Positions 19,567-29,452 of a stretch of 52,761 nt of DNA are shown one piece after another (the first letter of the stretch is position 1; each line of letters opens with the position of its first letter). The notes beneath the pieces are model-generated. The model saw only the letters and a program-made list of their open reading frames with translations, was not told the origin of the DNA and searched no databases. The translations under genes were made by a program, and so were the position numbers. Source of the stretch: Hyphomicrobiales bacterium (GTDB taxonomy: Bacteria > Pseudomonadota > Alphaproteobacteria > Rhizobiales > WTKA01); NCBI GenBank assembly GCA_011524605.1, contig WTKA01000157.1, forward strand, positions 1-52,761, read 5' to 3'.

Positions 19567-20022
19567 TTAAAACTGATGCTTCGGCATTGTTTTGGCTTCC
19601 CAAGCTGCCCCTAAGTCAGACATGGCAACCTCGACATCCTCAACGACAAGCCTAATTTGAGCATTATCCGCGAATAATAAATATATATAGTGATTGCCCT
19701 GTTTGTCATGATCATATTTCATCGTGAGCAAGGAAAAAACCTTATCCGCTTTTGTTGCATTCATATTTTTCTTAGAAATGGACTGTACTAAGTTAAAATG
19801 GATGCCCGTTTGGCGTCTTTGCGGGCGCGCTCTAAAAAAGAGAAAGCGACGTCGAGGCACTTCACGGGCTATTCTGTTCATAACACAAATAAAGCGCTTA
19901 TGCTTATGATCATATGTCATATCCTCAAGTCGCACTGTCGCATCTTGCAATAAAGAGGATAGGATTTGCAATTCATGCGCATCCATCGCTATAAGCTTCA
20001 ACTTATCAATAGGCTGGTTCAA
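19567..20022 (-). CDS. DUF2948 family protein
   Basis: LKLIAMDAHELQILSSLLQDA..SDLGAAW..PKH; conserved position between murA and hisD. Confidence 0.85.
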   Translation of the reverse strand: MNQPIDKLKLIAMDAHELQILSSLLQDATVRLEDMTYDHKHKRFICVMNRIAREVPRRRFLFFRARPQRRQTGIHFNLVQSISKKNMNATKADKVFSLLTMKYDHDKQGNHYIYLLFADNAQIRLVVEDVEVAMSDLGAAWEAKTMPKHQF

Positions 20023-20031
20023 ACAAATATC

Positions 20032-21324
20032 CTATTCTGATACACGCTCTATCTGCACACCAACGCCTCGGAATTTTTCTTCTAGATTTTCAAATCCACG
20101 ATCAAGATGATAAATTCTGCTAATCTCCGTTTCGCCTTCTGCGACAAGGGCAGCAATAGCTAAAGAAACAGAGGCTCGAAGGTCTGTTGCCATCACTTGA
20201 GCACCATGCAGAGAATCAACGCCTGTCACAATTGCAGTATCGCCCTCAAGCTGGATTTTTGCCCCTAAACGCGCTAGCTCCTGAACATGCATAAATCTAT
20301 TTTCAAAAATTGTTTCTTGAATACGAGAAACCCCTTTTGCTTTGACCATTAACGCCATGAATTGCGCTTGCAAATCTGTAGGGAAGCCCGGATAAGGCAT
20401 CGTGATCACATCAATAGCTTGAATATCAGAGTTTGTTTTGACAACACGAATCCCCTCGTCTTGCACTTCAATCTGTGCGCCAGTTTGACAAATGACCTCA
20501 ATGGCATTCTCTAATGTATCCGCTCTTGCACCTTTTAAGAATACATCGCCGCCAGCCATAGCAACAGACATTATAAATGTTCCAGTTTCAATCCGATCTG
20601 CAACAACATTATGCTGCGCACCGCCTAAACAATCAACGCCTTCTATCGTTAAGTTTGGCGTGCCAATACCCTCTATTTTAGCACCCATTTTCACTAAACA
20701 TTCAGCGACATCTGTGACTTCTGGCTCACAAGCTGCCCCTTTAATTACGGTCTGGCCTTTTGCCAAAGTTGCCGCCATTAGAGCCTGGTGAGTAGCGCCT
20801 ACTGAAACCATAGGAAAATCAATGATGCCACCCGTTAACCCACCCTGTGGCGCTTTTGCAATAACATAGCCATTTTCAAGCTCAATCTGAGCGCCTAGTG
20901 CTTTTAAAGCAGAAAGGTGTAGATCAACAGGGCGCGTACCGATGGCACAACCACCGGGCAAAGAAACTTTCGCCTCTCCCATTCTCGCCAATAAAGGCGC
21001 TAAAACCCAAAAGCTTGCGCGCATACGGGAAACCATTTCATAAGGCGCTGTTGTGTCAACAATGTCTTTTGCATCATAGGCGACGGTTTCACCAAACAGA
21101 GAATCACTTGATTTTCTCTTGCCTTGAACACTAAAATTGACGCCATGATTACCTAAAATACGGTTTAGCGTATTGACATCAGCAAGCCTTGGCATATTAC
21201 CTAGCGTTAAAGGCTTATCTGTTAATAATGAGGTTATCATTAAAGGAAGAGCAGCATTTTTCGCACCAGAAATGACCATTTCCCCATTCATAGGGTTGCC
21301 ACCGGTAATTTTAATTCTATCCAT
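20032..21324 (-). CDS. murA: UDP-N-acetylglucosamine 1-carboxyvinyltransferase
   Basis: [40 protein letters not shown]. Confidence 0.98.
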   Translation of the reverse strand: MDRIKITGGNPMNGEMVISGAKNAALPLMITSLLTDKPLTLGNMPRLADVNTLNRILGNHGVNFSVQGKRKSSDSLFGETVAYDAKDIVDTTAPYEMVSRMRASFWVLAPLLARMGEAKVSLPGGCAIGTRPVDLHLSALKALGAQIELENGYVIAKAPQGGLTGGIIDFPMVSVGATHQALMAATLAKGQTVIKGAACEPEVTDVAECLVKMGAKIEGIGTPNLTIEGVDCLGGAQHNVVADRIETGTFIMSVAMAGGDVFLKGARADTLENAIEVICQTGAQIEVQDEGIRVVKTNSDIQAIDVITMPYPGFPTDLQAQFMALMVKAKGVSRIQETIFENRFMHVQELARLGAKIQLEGDTAIVTGVDSLHGAQVMATDLRASVSLAIAALVAEGETEISRIYHLDRGFENLEEKFRGVGVQIERVSE

Positions 21325-21387
21325 TTAAATGTCCAATTTAATATTCAAGCTGATCTGATGTTTGTTATTTTTTCTTTTCAACAACAA

Positions 21388-21561
21388 TCAAATTAATGTG
21401 TCTTTTTTATTTCTTTTCTGCTGTTTACGCCGAGAAAGATTTTCTTTCAATGCTTCAGCAAGCTTTTTTTGCTTATCGCCCTTACTATTCACGCCTTTTA
21501 AAGCCTTATTTGCTTCTACTTCACGTTTTCCTTGGATAAAATCAGGTTTTTCCGCACTCAT
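21388..21561 (-). CDS. Small basic hypothetical protein (57 aa, below the ORF-track cutoff)
   Basis: Hand-translated MSAEKPDF..KQKKLAEALKENLSRRKQQK..TLI; resembles the small LAxALRxNLxRRK protein often found upstream of murA in Alphaproteobacteria. Confidence 0.7.
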   Translation of the reverse strand: MSAEKPDFIQGKREVEANKALKGVNSKGDKQKKLAEALKENLSRRKQQKRNKKDTLI

Positions 21562-21746
21562 TTTTCACCCATTCTCTTAATATTTTAAATCTATAAAAAA
21601 GTTTTTGACACTTCTTTGATAAAAAAGTCTAGCTATTTGTTATAAATTTGTGTATGCACTCATTTCTTACAGGATTTTCGCAATTTTTTATATCTAACAA
21701 ATCTGTTAAATATAGTGAAATTGCCATTTAATATGGAGCTTATCCC

Positions 21747-21929
21747 ATGGCAGTGCCAAAGAGTAAAGTGACGAGAATGAAACGCGGTTTTCGTCGTTCT
21801 GCAGATGCTTTAAAAGCTGCAACTTACATCGAAGATAAAGATAGCGGTGAACTACGTCGTCCTCATCACATAGACCTGAAATCAGGCATGTATCGTGGTC
21901 GTCAAGTTATCGAACCACAAGACGATTAA
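21747..21929 (+). CDS. rpmF: 50S ribosomal protein L32
   Basis: [39 protein letters not shown]; RBS GGAG. Confidence 0.97.
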   Translation: MAVPKSKVTRMKRGFRRSADALKAATYIEDKDSGELRRPHHIDLKSGMYRGRQVIEPQDD

Positions 21930-21955
21930 TTTTTAATCACAGAATAAATGCAGTT

Positions 21956-21989
21956 ACCGTGTTTTGAGCTTTCAAAACGCGGTTTTCTT
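21956..21989 (+). terminator. Rho-independent terminator after rpmF
   Basis: ACCGTGTTTTGA-GCTT-TCAAAACGCGGT followed by TTTCTT. Confidence 0.75.
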
Positions 21990-22117
21990 GTGTAATCATA
22001 CAGTCCAAACTAATTTTACTCTAAAGCGTGCACATGAAACGTCCCTTAATTATAAATTCAGAGGTTTTTCAAGATAAAAGAAGCGCTGAGCAACGTAGGA
22101 AAAGTAAGGTTATAACA

Positions 22118-22507
22118 ATGGCATTCCCTCTTCTTGTGATTCCCTTTATTTTATATAATATTCTTGAAATTACAGGCATAATAGATAGTTGGCGCCGTCT
22201 TATTTTTGACTTTGACATGATGTCTGGCGCTAATTTTTCATTGAATGTAACAGAAGCTTTCACCCTATTTTGCATCATTTTGCTGTTCGTAGAAATGATC
22301 AAGGCAACACGGACATCTAACCAATCCATTATGGATCATTTGCTTTCAACAATTGTCTTCATTATATGCTTAGTCGAATTTTTATTACTTGATTTTGCAG
22401 CAACACCGGCTTTCTTCCTACTCACTTGCATATCACTTATTGATGTTGTTGCGGGCTATACAATCACAATAAAGACTGCAAGCCGAGATGTGAATGTCGG
22501 TCATTAA
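22118..22507 (+). CDS. Conserved small membrane protein (about 4 TM)
   Basis: FPLLVIPFILYN..EMIKATRT..SIMDHLLS..DVVAGYTITIKTASRD; start uncertain (ORF open from 22028). Confidence 0.7.
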   Translation: MAFPLLVIPFILYNILEITGIIDSWRRLIFDFDMMSGANFSLNVTEAFTLFCIILLFVEMIKATRTSNQSIMDHLLSTIVFIICLVEFLLLDFAATPAFFLLTCISLIDVVAGYTITIKTASRDVNVGH

Positions 22508-22623
22508 ATAGCATATATTAACAATAACTTATAATGGCTGATCACATATCTGTGATTAATTTTTATTAGACTAACTATCTTAAATTGCGCATTCTACCAA
22601 GACTTATGTCTTTGGAGAATGAG

Positions 22624-23199
22624 ATGCTTTCGCGTAGAAAATTTATCGTAACAAGTCTTTTGAGTATCACCGCTATTACAACACCAGCTTTGGCGCATCA
22701 TACGAAACAATTTCAAACAAGTTTTAAACTCGATCCTAAATATAAGCCAAAAACTGTTTTTTATTCACGTGATTATGAAAAAGGCACGATTGTTGTCGAC
22801 CCCCAAAATCACTATCTTTACCTCATCATTCGCAAGGGCCGAGCGCGCAGATATGGCGTTGGCGTAGGCAAAGCTGGCCTTGCGTTCAAAGGCACTGCTA
22901 TCATTGAACGTAAGGCGGAATGGCCTTCTTGGACGCCAACAAAAAATATGATCCGCAGAGAGCCAGAAAAATATGCCAAATATGCCAATGGCGTTCCTGG
23001 TGGCATAAATAATCCATTAGGTTCACGCGCACTTTATTTATATAAAAATGGTAGAGATACCTATTACCGCATTCATGGTACAACACAACCATCCTCTATT
23101 GGACGTTCTGTCTCTAATGGTTGTATTCGCATGATTAATGAGCATGTTGAGGATCTCTATGATCGCGTACCTCTAGATACTAAAGTTGTGGTTATTTAA
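22624..23199 (+). CDS. L,D-transpeptidase (YkuD/ErfK) with Tat signal
   Basis: SRRKF twin-arginine motif, NPLGSRALYL, RIHGT..SIGRSVSNGCIRM. Confidence 0.93.
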   Translation: MLSRRKFIVTSLLSITAITTPALAHHTKQFQTSFKLDPKYKPKTVFYSRDYEKGTIVVDPQNHYLYLIIRKGRARRYGVGVGKAGLAFKGTAIIERKAEWPSWTPTKNMIRREPEKYAKYANGVPGGINNPLGSRALYLYKNGRDTYYRIHGTTQPSSIGRSVSNGCIRMINEHVEDLYDRVPLDTKVVVI

Positions 23200-23217
23200 T
23201 AATATTGGATTGAGACA

Positions 23218-23703
23218 ATGAAAAAACAAAAACAACGAAAAAAACCAGCAAAAAAAAATATCAATTCTAATAGCCCGCAAAAAAAGAAAATGAGTAAGAG
23301 AGAGCTGTACTCTACCATCCGCTCTTGGGTCATCATGATCGCTCTTGCCTTAGGTGCAGGTTATTTTATTATCAGTGAAGTCAATGCTTCAATTAAAGAA
23401 CATGACTTAAGCAGAATTGAAAATAATATTGCGACTGTTGTTCAAATTCATGACCCGCAATGCCCTTCATGTTTAGCCCTACAAAAACAAGCTAAATCTG
23501 CTTTAAGTGAAATTGATTCTGATAGCGTTGATTATGTTATTGCCAATATTCGGACCAAAAAGGGTAGAGATTTTGCAAATAGCTATCGTGTACCTCATGT
23601 CACCTTATTATTATTTGATAATAAAGGAAGGTTGAAGCGCACCCTATCTGGCCAAAGGCAAGCAGAGGAAATCAAAAGAGAGATAGAAAGCGTCATCAAA
23701 TAA
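23218..23703 (+). CDS. Membrane-anchored thioredoxin-fold protein
   Basis: Basic N-terminus, one TM segment, HDPQCPSC, VPHVTLLLFD. Confidence 0.7.
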   Translation: MKKQKQRKKPAKKNINSNSPQKKKMSKRELYSTIRSWVIMIALALGAGYFIISEVNASIKEHDLSRIENNIATVVQIHDPQCPSCLALQKQAKSALSEIDSDSVDYVIANIRTKKGRDFANSYRVPHVTLLLFDNKGRLKRTLSGQRQAEEIKREIESVIK

Positions 23704-23850
23704 GAGGGTTTGCATTTCATTTCTTTATCTAGGATCAGGGCTTATATTTTTTTATGAGCAGGTTCTTTTAATGAAAAAGAAGATGGGCTAAATTTGAGCG
23801 CGAACCGTTTTGTTCACATAGACCATAGAGCAAGCAAAATAATCAAAAAA

Positions 23851-24429
23851 TTATTTTGCTGTGCGATCACCATTGCCTTTACCCAGAAAAGTCATGGCTA
23901 AAATTTTTATATCTAATCGAACCGAACGGTTTGCAATATAGTCAGCATCCATAATAGCCAGCTTTGTTGGATTACTCATATCTACGCCATTAGCTTGAGA
24001 CCATCCTGTAATACCAGGCAGAACATCATTCACACCACGCTTATTGCGTTCTTCAATGAGTTCTTCTTGAACAGGCAAACAAGGCCGAGGACCAATCAAA
24101 ATCATCTCTCCTGCAATAATATTGATAATTTGAGGAAATTCATCAATTTTATATTTTCTAAGAAAAGCGCCAATTGGGGTGATTGCTGACTGGCTTATTT
24201 CATGGCTAGCTGCTTGGCGTGTATTATTATTCATCGTACGAAATTTAATACACTTAAAAACTTTACCGTTTTTACCAATTCTATCTTGTTTCAAAAGGCC
24301 AGGTCCTTGAGAAGTTAGGCGAATTAATAGCCATATAATGAGAAGAAAAAAACCAAAGCTAAATATCACCGCAACAACAAAAGCGAAATTTACAGCAATC
24401 TGAAAAAGTTGATAAGTAATATTCTTCAT
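23851..24429 (-). CDS. Phosphoglycosyl (sugar) transferase, Bac_transf family
   Basis: KFRTM, FLRKYKIDEFPQ, GPRP, PGITGWSQ. Confidence 0.92.
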   Translation of the reverse strand: MKNITYQLFQIAVNFAFVVAVIFSFGFFLLIIWLLIRLTSQGPGLLKQDRIGKNGKVFKCIKFRTMNNNTRQAASHEISQSAITPIGAFLRKYKIDEFPQIINIIAGEMILIGPRPCLPVQEELIEERNKRGVNDVLPGITGWSQANGVDMSNPTKLAIMDADYIANRSVRLDIKILAMTFLGKGNGDRTAK

Positions 24430-24430
24430 T

Positions 24431-25513
24431 TTATGACTGCATAAACTCGGTTAAGTTCGCAATGACAAAGTCCATATCTTCTTTTGTCCCAATTGTAATC
24501 CGCAAACAAGAGGGCAGACCATAAGCAGCAACCCGACGAATAATAACCCCATTTTCTCTTAAATATTCATCTGCCGCTATTGCTTTGTCATCTTCACCAA
24601 AGTCAACAAGAATAAAATTACCAACTGTTGGGTAAGCTTTAAGACTAATCTTTTCTAACTGCTCGGTTACATAAGGAATCAACTTATTATTTTCTTCTAC
24701 AACCTTATTAAGCCATTCTTTGTCTTTTAAGGACGCGGTAGCGGCGGCAAGAGCGATGCCGCTAACATTAAAAGGCCCTCTAATACGATTTAAAATATCT
24801 AGGATTTCAGGGCTTGCATAGCCCCACCCTACCCTAAGACCACCTAATCCAAATGCTTTAGAAAAAGTGCCTGTAACCATAACATTGCCTGAAGCAACTA
24901 ATTCACAGCCATCGCTATAATCAACTTTATCTACATATTCCCGATAAGCGCCATCAATGACTAAAAGAATATGTTTGGGTAACTGTGCATGGAGTTCAGC
25001 TAGCTCGGCCTTGGTCAAATAAGATCCTGTTGGATTATTAGGATTAGCAATGAAAACCACTTTTGTGTTTTCAGTCACAGCAGCAATGATAGTATCAATA
25101 TCTGCTTTTAATCCCTTTTCAGCAACACTAACAGGCGTCCCACCATTTACAAGTGTAGAAATACGATACATTAAAAAGCCATGTTCGGTATAAATGACTT
25201 CATCCCCTGGTGAGACATAGGCTGCACAAATGAAGGATAATATTTCATCTGAACCTGCACCGCATATAATTTGCTCTTGCTCAATGCCATAGCTTAGAGC
25301 CAACTCTTGCCTTAACTCATGAGCGCCCCCATCTGGATAACGGTGGCTTGTTGAGGCAATTTCTTGCATTAATGCAACAGCTTTTGGAGAAGGGCCGTAA
25401 GGACATTCATTAGAGGCCAGACGATATATTTTATCGACATTTGATAGCTTAGAATCGCCCCCTTTATAGGGCGTGATTTCTAATATTGCTTTATTTGCTG
25501 GTGTCATAACCAT
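24431..25513 (-). CDS. hisC: Histidinol-phosphate aminotransferase
   Basis: LASNE, RYPD, GAGSDE, ANPNNPTG, TFSKAFGLGGLRVGW. Confidence 0.95.
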   Translation of the reverse strand: MVMTPANKAILEITPYKGGDSKLSNVDKIYRLASNECPYGPSPKAVALMQEIASTSHRYPDGGAHELRQELALSYGIEQEQIICGAGSDEILSFICAAYVSPGDEVIYTEHGFLMYRISTLVNGGTPVSVAEKGLKADIDTIIAAVTENTKVVFIANPNNPTGSYLTKAELAELHAQLPKHILLVIDGAYREYVDKVDYSDGCELVASGNVMVTGTFSKAFGLGGLRVGWGYASPEILDILNRIRGPFNVSGIALAAATASLKDKEWLNKVVEENNKLIPYVTEQLEKISLKAYPTVGNFILVDFGEDDKAIAADEYLRENGVIIRRVAAYGLPSCLRITIGTKEDMDFVIANLTEFMQS

Positions 25514-25554
25514 TGTTCTAACCCTTAAATAAATGACTTTCTTATGATCTATCC

Positions 25555-26301
25555 TTAAACACCGATAAGATGCAATGACTTTCCATAATTTTTAAGCCAA
25601 TATTCTGCCCTTTGATAGTCAGGTTCTATTTGAGCGACAACATCCCAATATTGTTTTGAATGATTCATTTCACGTCGGTGAGCAACTTCATGGGCTGCTA
25701 AATAGTGTAAAACAAAGGGAGGCGCCATAATTAACCGCCATGAGAAGCTTAACTTTCCATTTGAAGAACAGCTCCCCCATCGCGTACTTGTGTCTCTCAC
25801 CGTAATTGCCGTAATCTTTACACCTGCTCTTAAAGCATATTTTTGTACAGCTTGGCACAGATCCCGCTTTGCCTCTTCTTTAAGCCAATCTTTTAAGCGC
25901 CTTGCAACATGCTGTTCGCCACCGGGTACTAAAATCTGAGGATAGATAGAATTATTATTCTCACCTGCTTGGTATATTTCAACCTTGCCCCTTAATTTAT
26001 CTAAAGAGCATATCTGATGCTCAATTCCTCTGAAAGGAAAGATAACACCATCTTCAAAGGCTTGTGCTTTTTCTAAACCATTATAAGCTGATAAAAGCCA
26101 TTGCTGCTTGCTTTGAGCAAAAGAGATGCCTTTTGATAAGGGTATATTATAAGGCAAAGTAAGAGCAATATCCCCTTTCAAAGGTCTTGCTCTCATAGAC
26201 ATGCGTTTCGCACGAGAAGAGCGCAATAATGTTAAATTTATCACGCCCTCATAGGTTTCAATCTGGATCTGATCTGGTTCTAAAACCTTTGTTATGCTCA
26301 T
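25555..26301 (-). CDS. YgjP/DUF45 (M48/SprT-like) metallohydrolase
   Basis: RWGSCS, LSFSWRL, YLAAHEVAHRREMNHS. Confidence 0.9.
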   Translation of the reverse strand: MSITKVLEPDQIQIETYEGVINLTLLRSSRAKRMSMRARPLKGDIALTLPYNIPLSKGISFAQSKQQWLLSAYNGLEKAQAFEDGVIFPFRGIEHQICSLDKLRGKVEIYQAGENNNSIYPQILVPGGEQHVARRLKDWLKEEAKRDLCQAVQKYALRAGVKITAITVRDTSTRWGSCSSNGKLSFSWRLIMAPPFVLHYLAAHEVAHRREMNHSKQYWDVVAQIEPDYQRAEYWLKNYGKSLHLIGV

Positions 26302-27842
26302 TTCTTAAAAAGATTTTTTGCCTGAGATACCCAATCTTCTCGTTCAATGCGCCCTTTGAATGATAATAAATCATCATACTTAAAGATATCATTCTTTGTC
26401 CAATTGGCAATTTGTGCAAAATTAGTAATGCCAGCTGCATTTAGACTTTCTTCAAGTTTTGGCCCAATGCCTGCAATCTGCTTTAAATCATCTTTTGCGC
26501 TATTTCCAGATTCCACATTTTTTTTAGCTTTAGCTGCTGAAGCATTGCTAGATTTTTCTGAACCCGGCGTTGGGTGAGCGGCAATAAATGATTGAATAAC
26601 AGGTGCAATTTCATTGCGATAACGGCTACCAGAAAAAACACCATAATGCCCAACTTTAGGCTGCTCATAATGCTCTTTTTTATCTGATGCTAAATTTGTT
26701 GAAACTTCCAAAGCAGCTCTAGTCTGCCCTTTGCCTGAGATATCATCTTTCTCGCCTTCAACAGTCAAAATTGAGATATTTTTAATGGCACTACAGTCCA
26801 CCTGAACACCACGGTGAACCAACTCACCTTTTGGCAATGAATGCTTGCAAAAGACTTCATCAACAGTTTGAAGATAAAATTCTGCGGTTAAATCCATAAC
26901 AGCTAAATATTCATCATAGAAATCACGATGCTTTTCTGCAGATTCGCCATCACCTTCAACCAAATGATCAAACAGATTATGATGCGCTTCAATATGACGA
27001 TCTAAATTCATTGACATGAAGCCAGTGAGCTGTAAAAAACCAGGATAGACTTGGCGCGTCATACCCGGATGAGGGAATGGTACTTTTACAATCACATTTT
27101 CTTTGAACCAAGCAATGCCTTTTGATTCAGCTAAAGTATTTACTGCTGTTGGACTGCATCTTGTATCAATAGGGCCACCCATTAAAGTCATCGTAGAGGG
27201 AACAGCTTCATCCCCCATCATTTCCATATAAGTTGTTGCAGCTAAAACAGGGACAGCTGGCTGACAAACAGCCATAACATGGACGCCTCGTCCTAGATGG
27301 TGGAAAATATCAATCAAATAATCAATATAATCATTTAAATCAAAATCACCCGCAGATAGAGGCACTTCACGCGCATCTGTCCAGTCTGTTATATAAACAT
27401 CATAATGGGGCAACATCGGCAGAACAGTATCACGCAGCAACGTGGCATAATGGCCCGACATAGGAGCAACAATTAATAGTTTAGGATCTGCTTTGCGCTG
27501 TGGAGATACATTTCTTTGAAAATGGATAAGGCTACAAAAAGGTTTTTGCCAAACAACTTGTTCAGTAATGTCAATCTCTTCGCCATCAATGATCGTTGAA
27601 GTATGACCAAATTCAGGCTTGCCATAGCGACGTGTCATACGCTCAAAAACTTCTGACCAAGCAGAAATGCCACGCCCAATCGGCGTTGCAGCAAGAGGAT
27701 TGAGCGGACTTTTAAAATAATTCCCAGTATTTCTTGCAAGAAAGCGAGCTGGCATTGCTGTTGCATGTGCCATTTCATATAGATAATAAAGTGGAATTGC
27801 TGACCCTTGGGTTGGCGCCTTAAACATATTTTGCCATTCCAT
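26298..27842 (-). CDS. phaZ: Intracellular PHB depolymerase with C-terminal helix-hairpin-helix domain
   Basis: APMSGHYATLLR, AVCQP catalytic Cys, GGPID, EGEKDDISG, GHYGVF; then a linker and DDLKQIAGIGPKLE..GRIEREDWVSQAK. ATG 27842 follows AGGAG. Confidence 0.93.
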   Translation of the reverse strand: MEWQNMFKAPTQGSAIPLYYLYEMAHATAMPARFLARNTGNYFKSPLNPLAATPIGRGISAWSEVFERMTRRYGKPEFGHTSTIIDGEEIDITEQVVWQKPFCSLIHFQRNVSPQRKADPKLLIVAPMSGHYATLLRDTVLPMLPHYDVYITDWTDAREVPLSAGDFDLNDYIDYLIDIFHHLGRGVHVMAVCQPAVPVLAATTYMEMMGDEAVPSTMTLMGGPIDTRCSPTAVNTLAESKGIAWFKENVIVKVPFPHPGMTRQVYPGFLQLTGFMSMNLDRHIEAHHNLFDHLVEGDGESAEKHRDFYDEYLAVMDLTAEFYLQTVDEVFCKHSLPKGELVHRGVQVDCSAIKNISILTVEGEKDDISGKGQTRAALEVSTNLASDKKEHYEQPKVGHYGVFSGSRYRNEIAPVIQSFIAAHPTPGSEKSSNASAAKAKKNVESGNSAKDDLKQIAGIGPKLEESLNAAGITNFAQIANWTKNDIFKYDDLLSFKGRIEREDWVSQAKNLFKK

Positions 27843-28028
27843 AATGTAAACTCCTTTGTTGCACCGCAACAAACTATACTATAAAATAGATTAATGCTAG
27901 GATAATTCGAGAACAACTATCTAAATTATGCTAAAAATAATTAAAATTATTATAATTATTTGTGAACAGCCCCTTAAAAACAATTAATAATTGTAAATTT
28001 TTTAAAATTTCAACCTTGAAAATAGCCA

Positions 28029-29342
28029 ATGATTACAAAGCATAAAAATACAACACCCGCTCTATCTAATACTGCACGGGGCATTAAACTTGATACACTT
28101 GTCCGCTTAAGATGGCTTGCCATACTTGGACAATGTATCACAATCGTCATTGTATATTTTGTGCTGGAATTTGATCTTCCCTTTATTGAATGCATGCTTA
28201 TCATGAGCATAGGTCTTATTCTTAATATTATCTTACAATTAAAATATAGCAGCGCTAAGTGGGTATCCCATTGGTTTTCCACCCTATCCCTTTCCATGGA
28301 TATTTCGCAGCTCGCAGCAATTATCTATTTCACAGGAGGGCTAACCAATCCATTTGCGATTATGCTACTTGCCCCTGTGCTTTTTTCAGCTGGATCCCTA
28401 CCAAAACGAAATACTTTTTTTCTGGGCATCATCATCCTTGCAATTGTTATCCTCTTAAGCAATTGGCACCGCCCTCTGCCATGGATTTCTAATATCGACT
28501 TGCTCCTGCCTCCCCTCTATTTAATTGGTGTTGCGGCAAGTGTGACATGTTTCATGCTCTTTGCAGGTCTATTTATATATAGATTAGCAAATGAAACCGG
28601 CCAAATGGCAAAAGCGCTCGCAGCAACCGAAATTGTTTTACAACGCGAACAACATCTATCAGCCTTAGATGGGCTAGCAGCGGCGGCGGCGCATGAATTA
28701 GGCACACCACTCGCCACCATAGCCGTTGTTGCAGGGGAGCTTGGTAAAGAAAGCAACTTAGAAGCCCATATGAAAGATGATTTAAAGCTTATTCAGGAAC
28801 AAACGGCACGATGCCGTGATATATTAAAACGACTATCAGATCCTGAAATAAGTGGTGTTGAACATTTGCAAAATTTGACTATTGAGCAATTTATTGAAGA
28901 AATTATTGAAGGCCATAGCATTGACGATAAAGAGATTAAGGTCTTTATTCCCAGCAACAAGCCCAATCGACCTAATTTCACACGTAATTCTGGGGTCATG
29001 TATGGGCTTTATAACTTGATTGAAAATGCCATTGATTTTGCGCATAGCGAAGTACAAATATCAGCAAATTGGGATGATAACTCTATCTATTTAGACATCA
29101 TGGATGATGGCCCTGGATTTGAATATGGTATTTTAGATAGATTGGGAGAGCCTTATGTTTCATCAAGACGGGGGCATTTAAGTGAAATTCAAATTGAAAG
29201 AGGGGGCATGGGGCTTGGTTTCTTTATCGCTCGCTCAATGCTCGCCCGCGACAATGCAATCTTAAAAGCGCAAAACAAACCCATCCCTGAAAAAGGCGCT
29301 CATATTTCTATTGTATGGGATAGAAATATGCATAGTATGTAA
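28029..29342 (+). CDS. regB: Redox sensor histidine kinase RegB/PrrB/ActS
   Basis: LRWLAILGQ, quinone-site GGLTNPF, AAAAAHELGTPL, RCRDIL, DDGPG, GMGLG. Confidence 0.95.
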   Translation: MITKHKNTTPALSNTARGIKLDTLVRLRWLAILGQCITIVIVYFVLEFDLPFIECMLIMSIGLILNIILQLKYSSAKWVSHWFSTLSLSMDISQLAAIIYFTGGLTNPFAIMLLAPVLFSAGSLPKRNTFFLGIIILAIVILLSNWHRPLPWISNIDLLLPPLYLIGVAASVTCFMLFAGLFIYRLANETGQMAKALAATEIVLQREQHLSALDGLAAAAAHELGTPLATIAVVAGELGKESNLEAHMKDDLKLIQEQTARCRDILKRLSDPEISGVEHLQNLTIEQFIEEIIEGHSIDDKEIKVFIPSNKPNRPNFTRNSGVMYGLYNLIENAIDFAHSEVQISANWDDNSIYLDIMDDGPGFEYGILDRLGEPYVSSRRGHLSEIQIERGGMGLGFFIARSMLARDNAILKAQNKPIPEKGAHISIVWDRNMHSM

Positions 29343-29452
29343 ACATTAACAATTTTACTTAAAGTTAAGAATATTATTATTATAGTTAATGATAAATAAT
29401 TTTATGAATTTACAAACATAAAAATATTCACATAAATTAAGTCACAAATATC

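Noticed and set aside
21362-21580. 72-aa plus-strand Phe-rich ORF
   Set aside because: Antisense shadow of the Lys-rich 57-aa minus-strand ORF.
23729-23752. CTAGGATCAGGGCTTATATTTTTT as a fourth MITE end
   Set aside because: 18 of 24 match to the TIR, but the following sequence shows no similarity to the MITE body.
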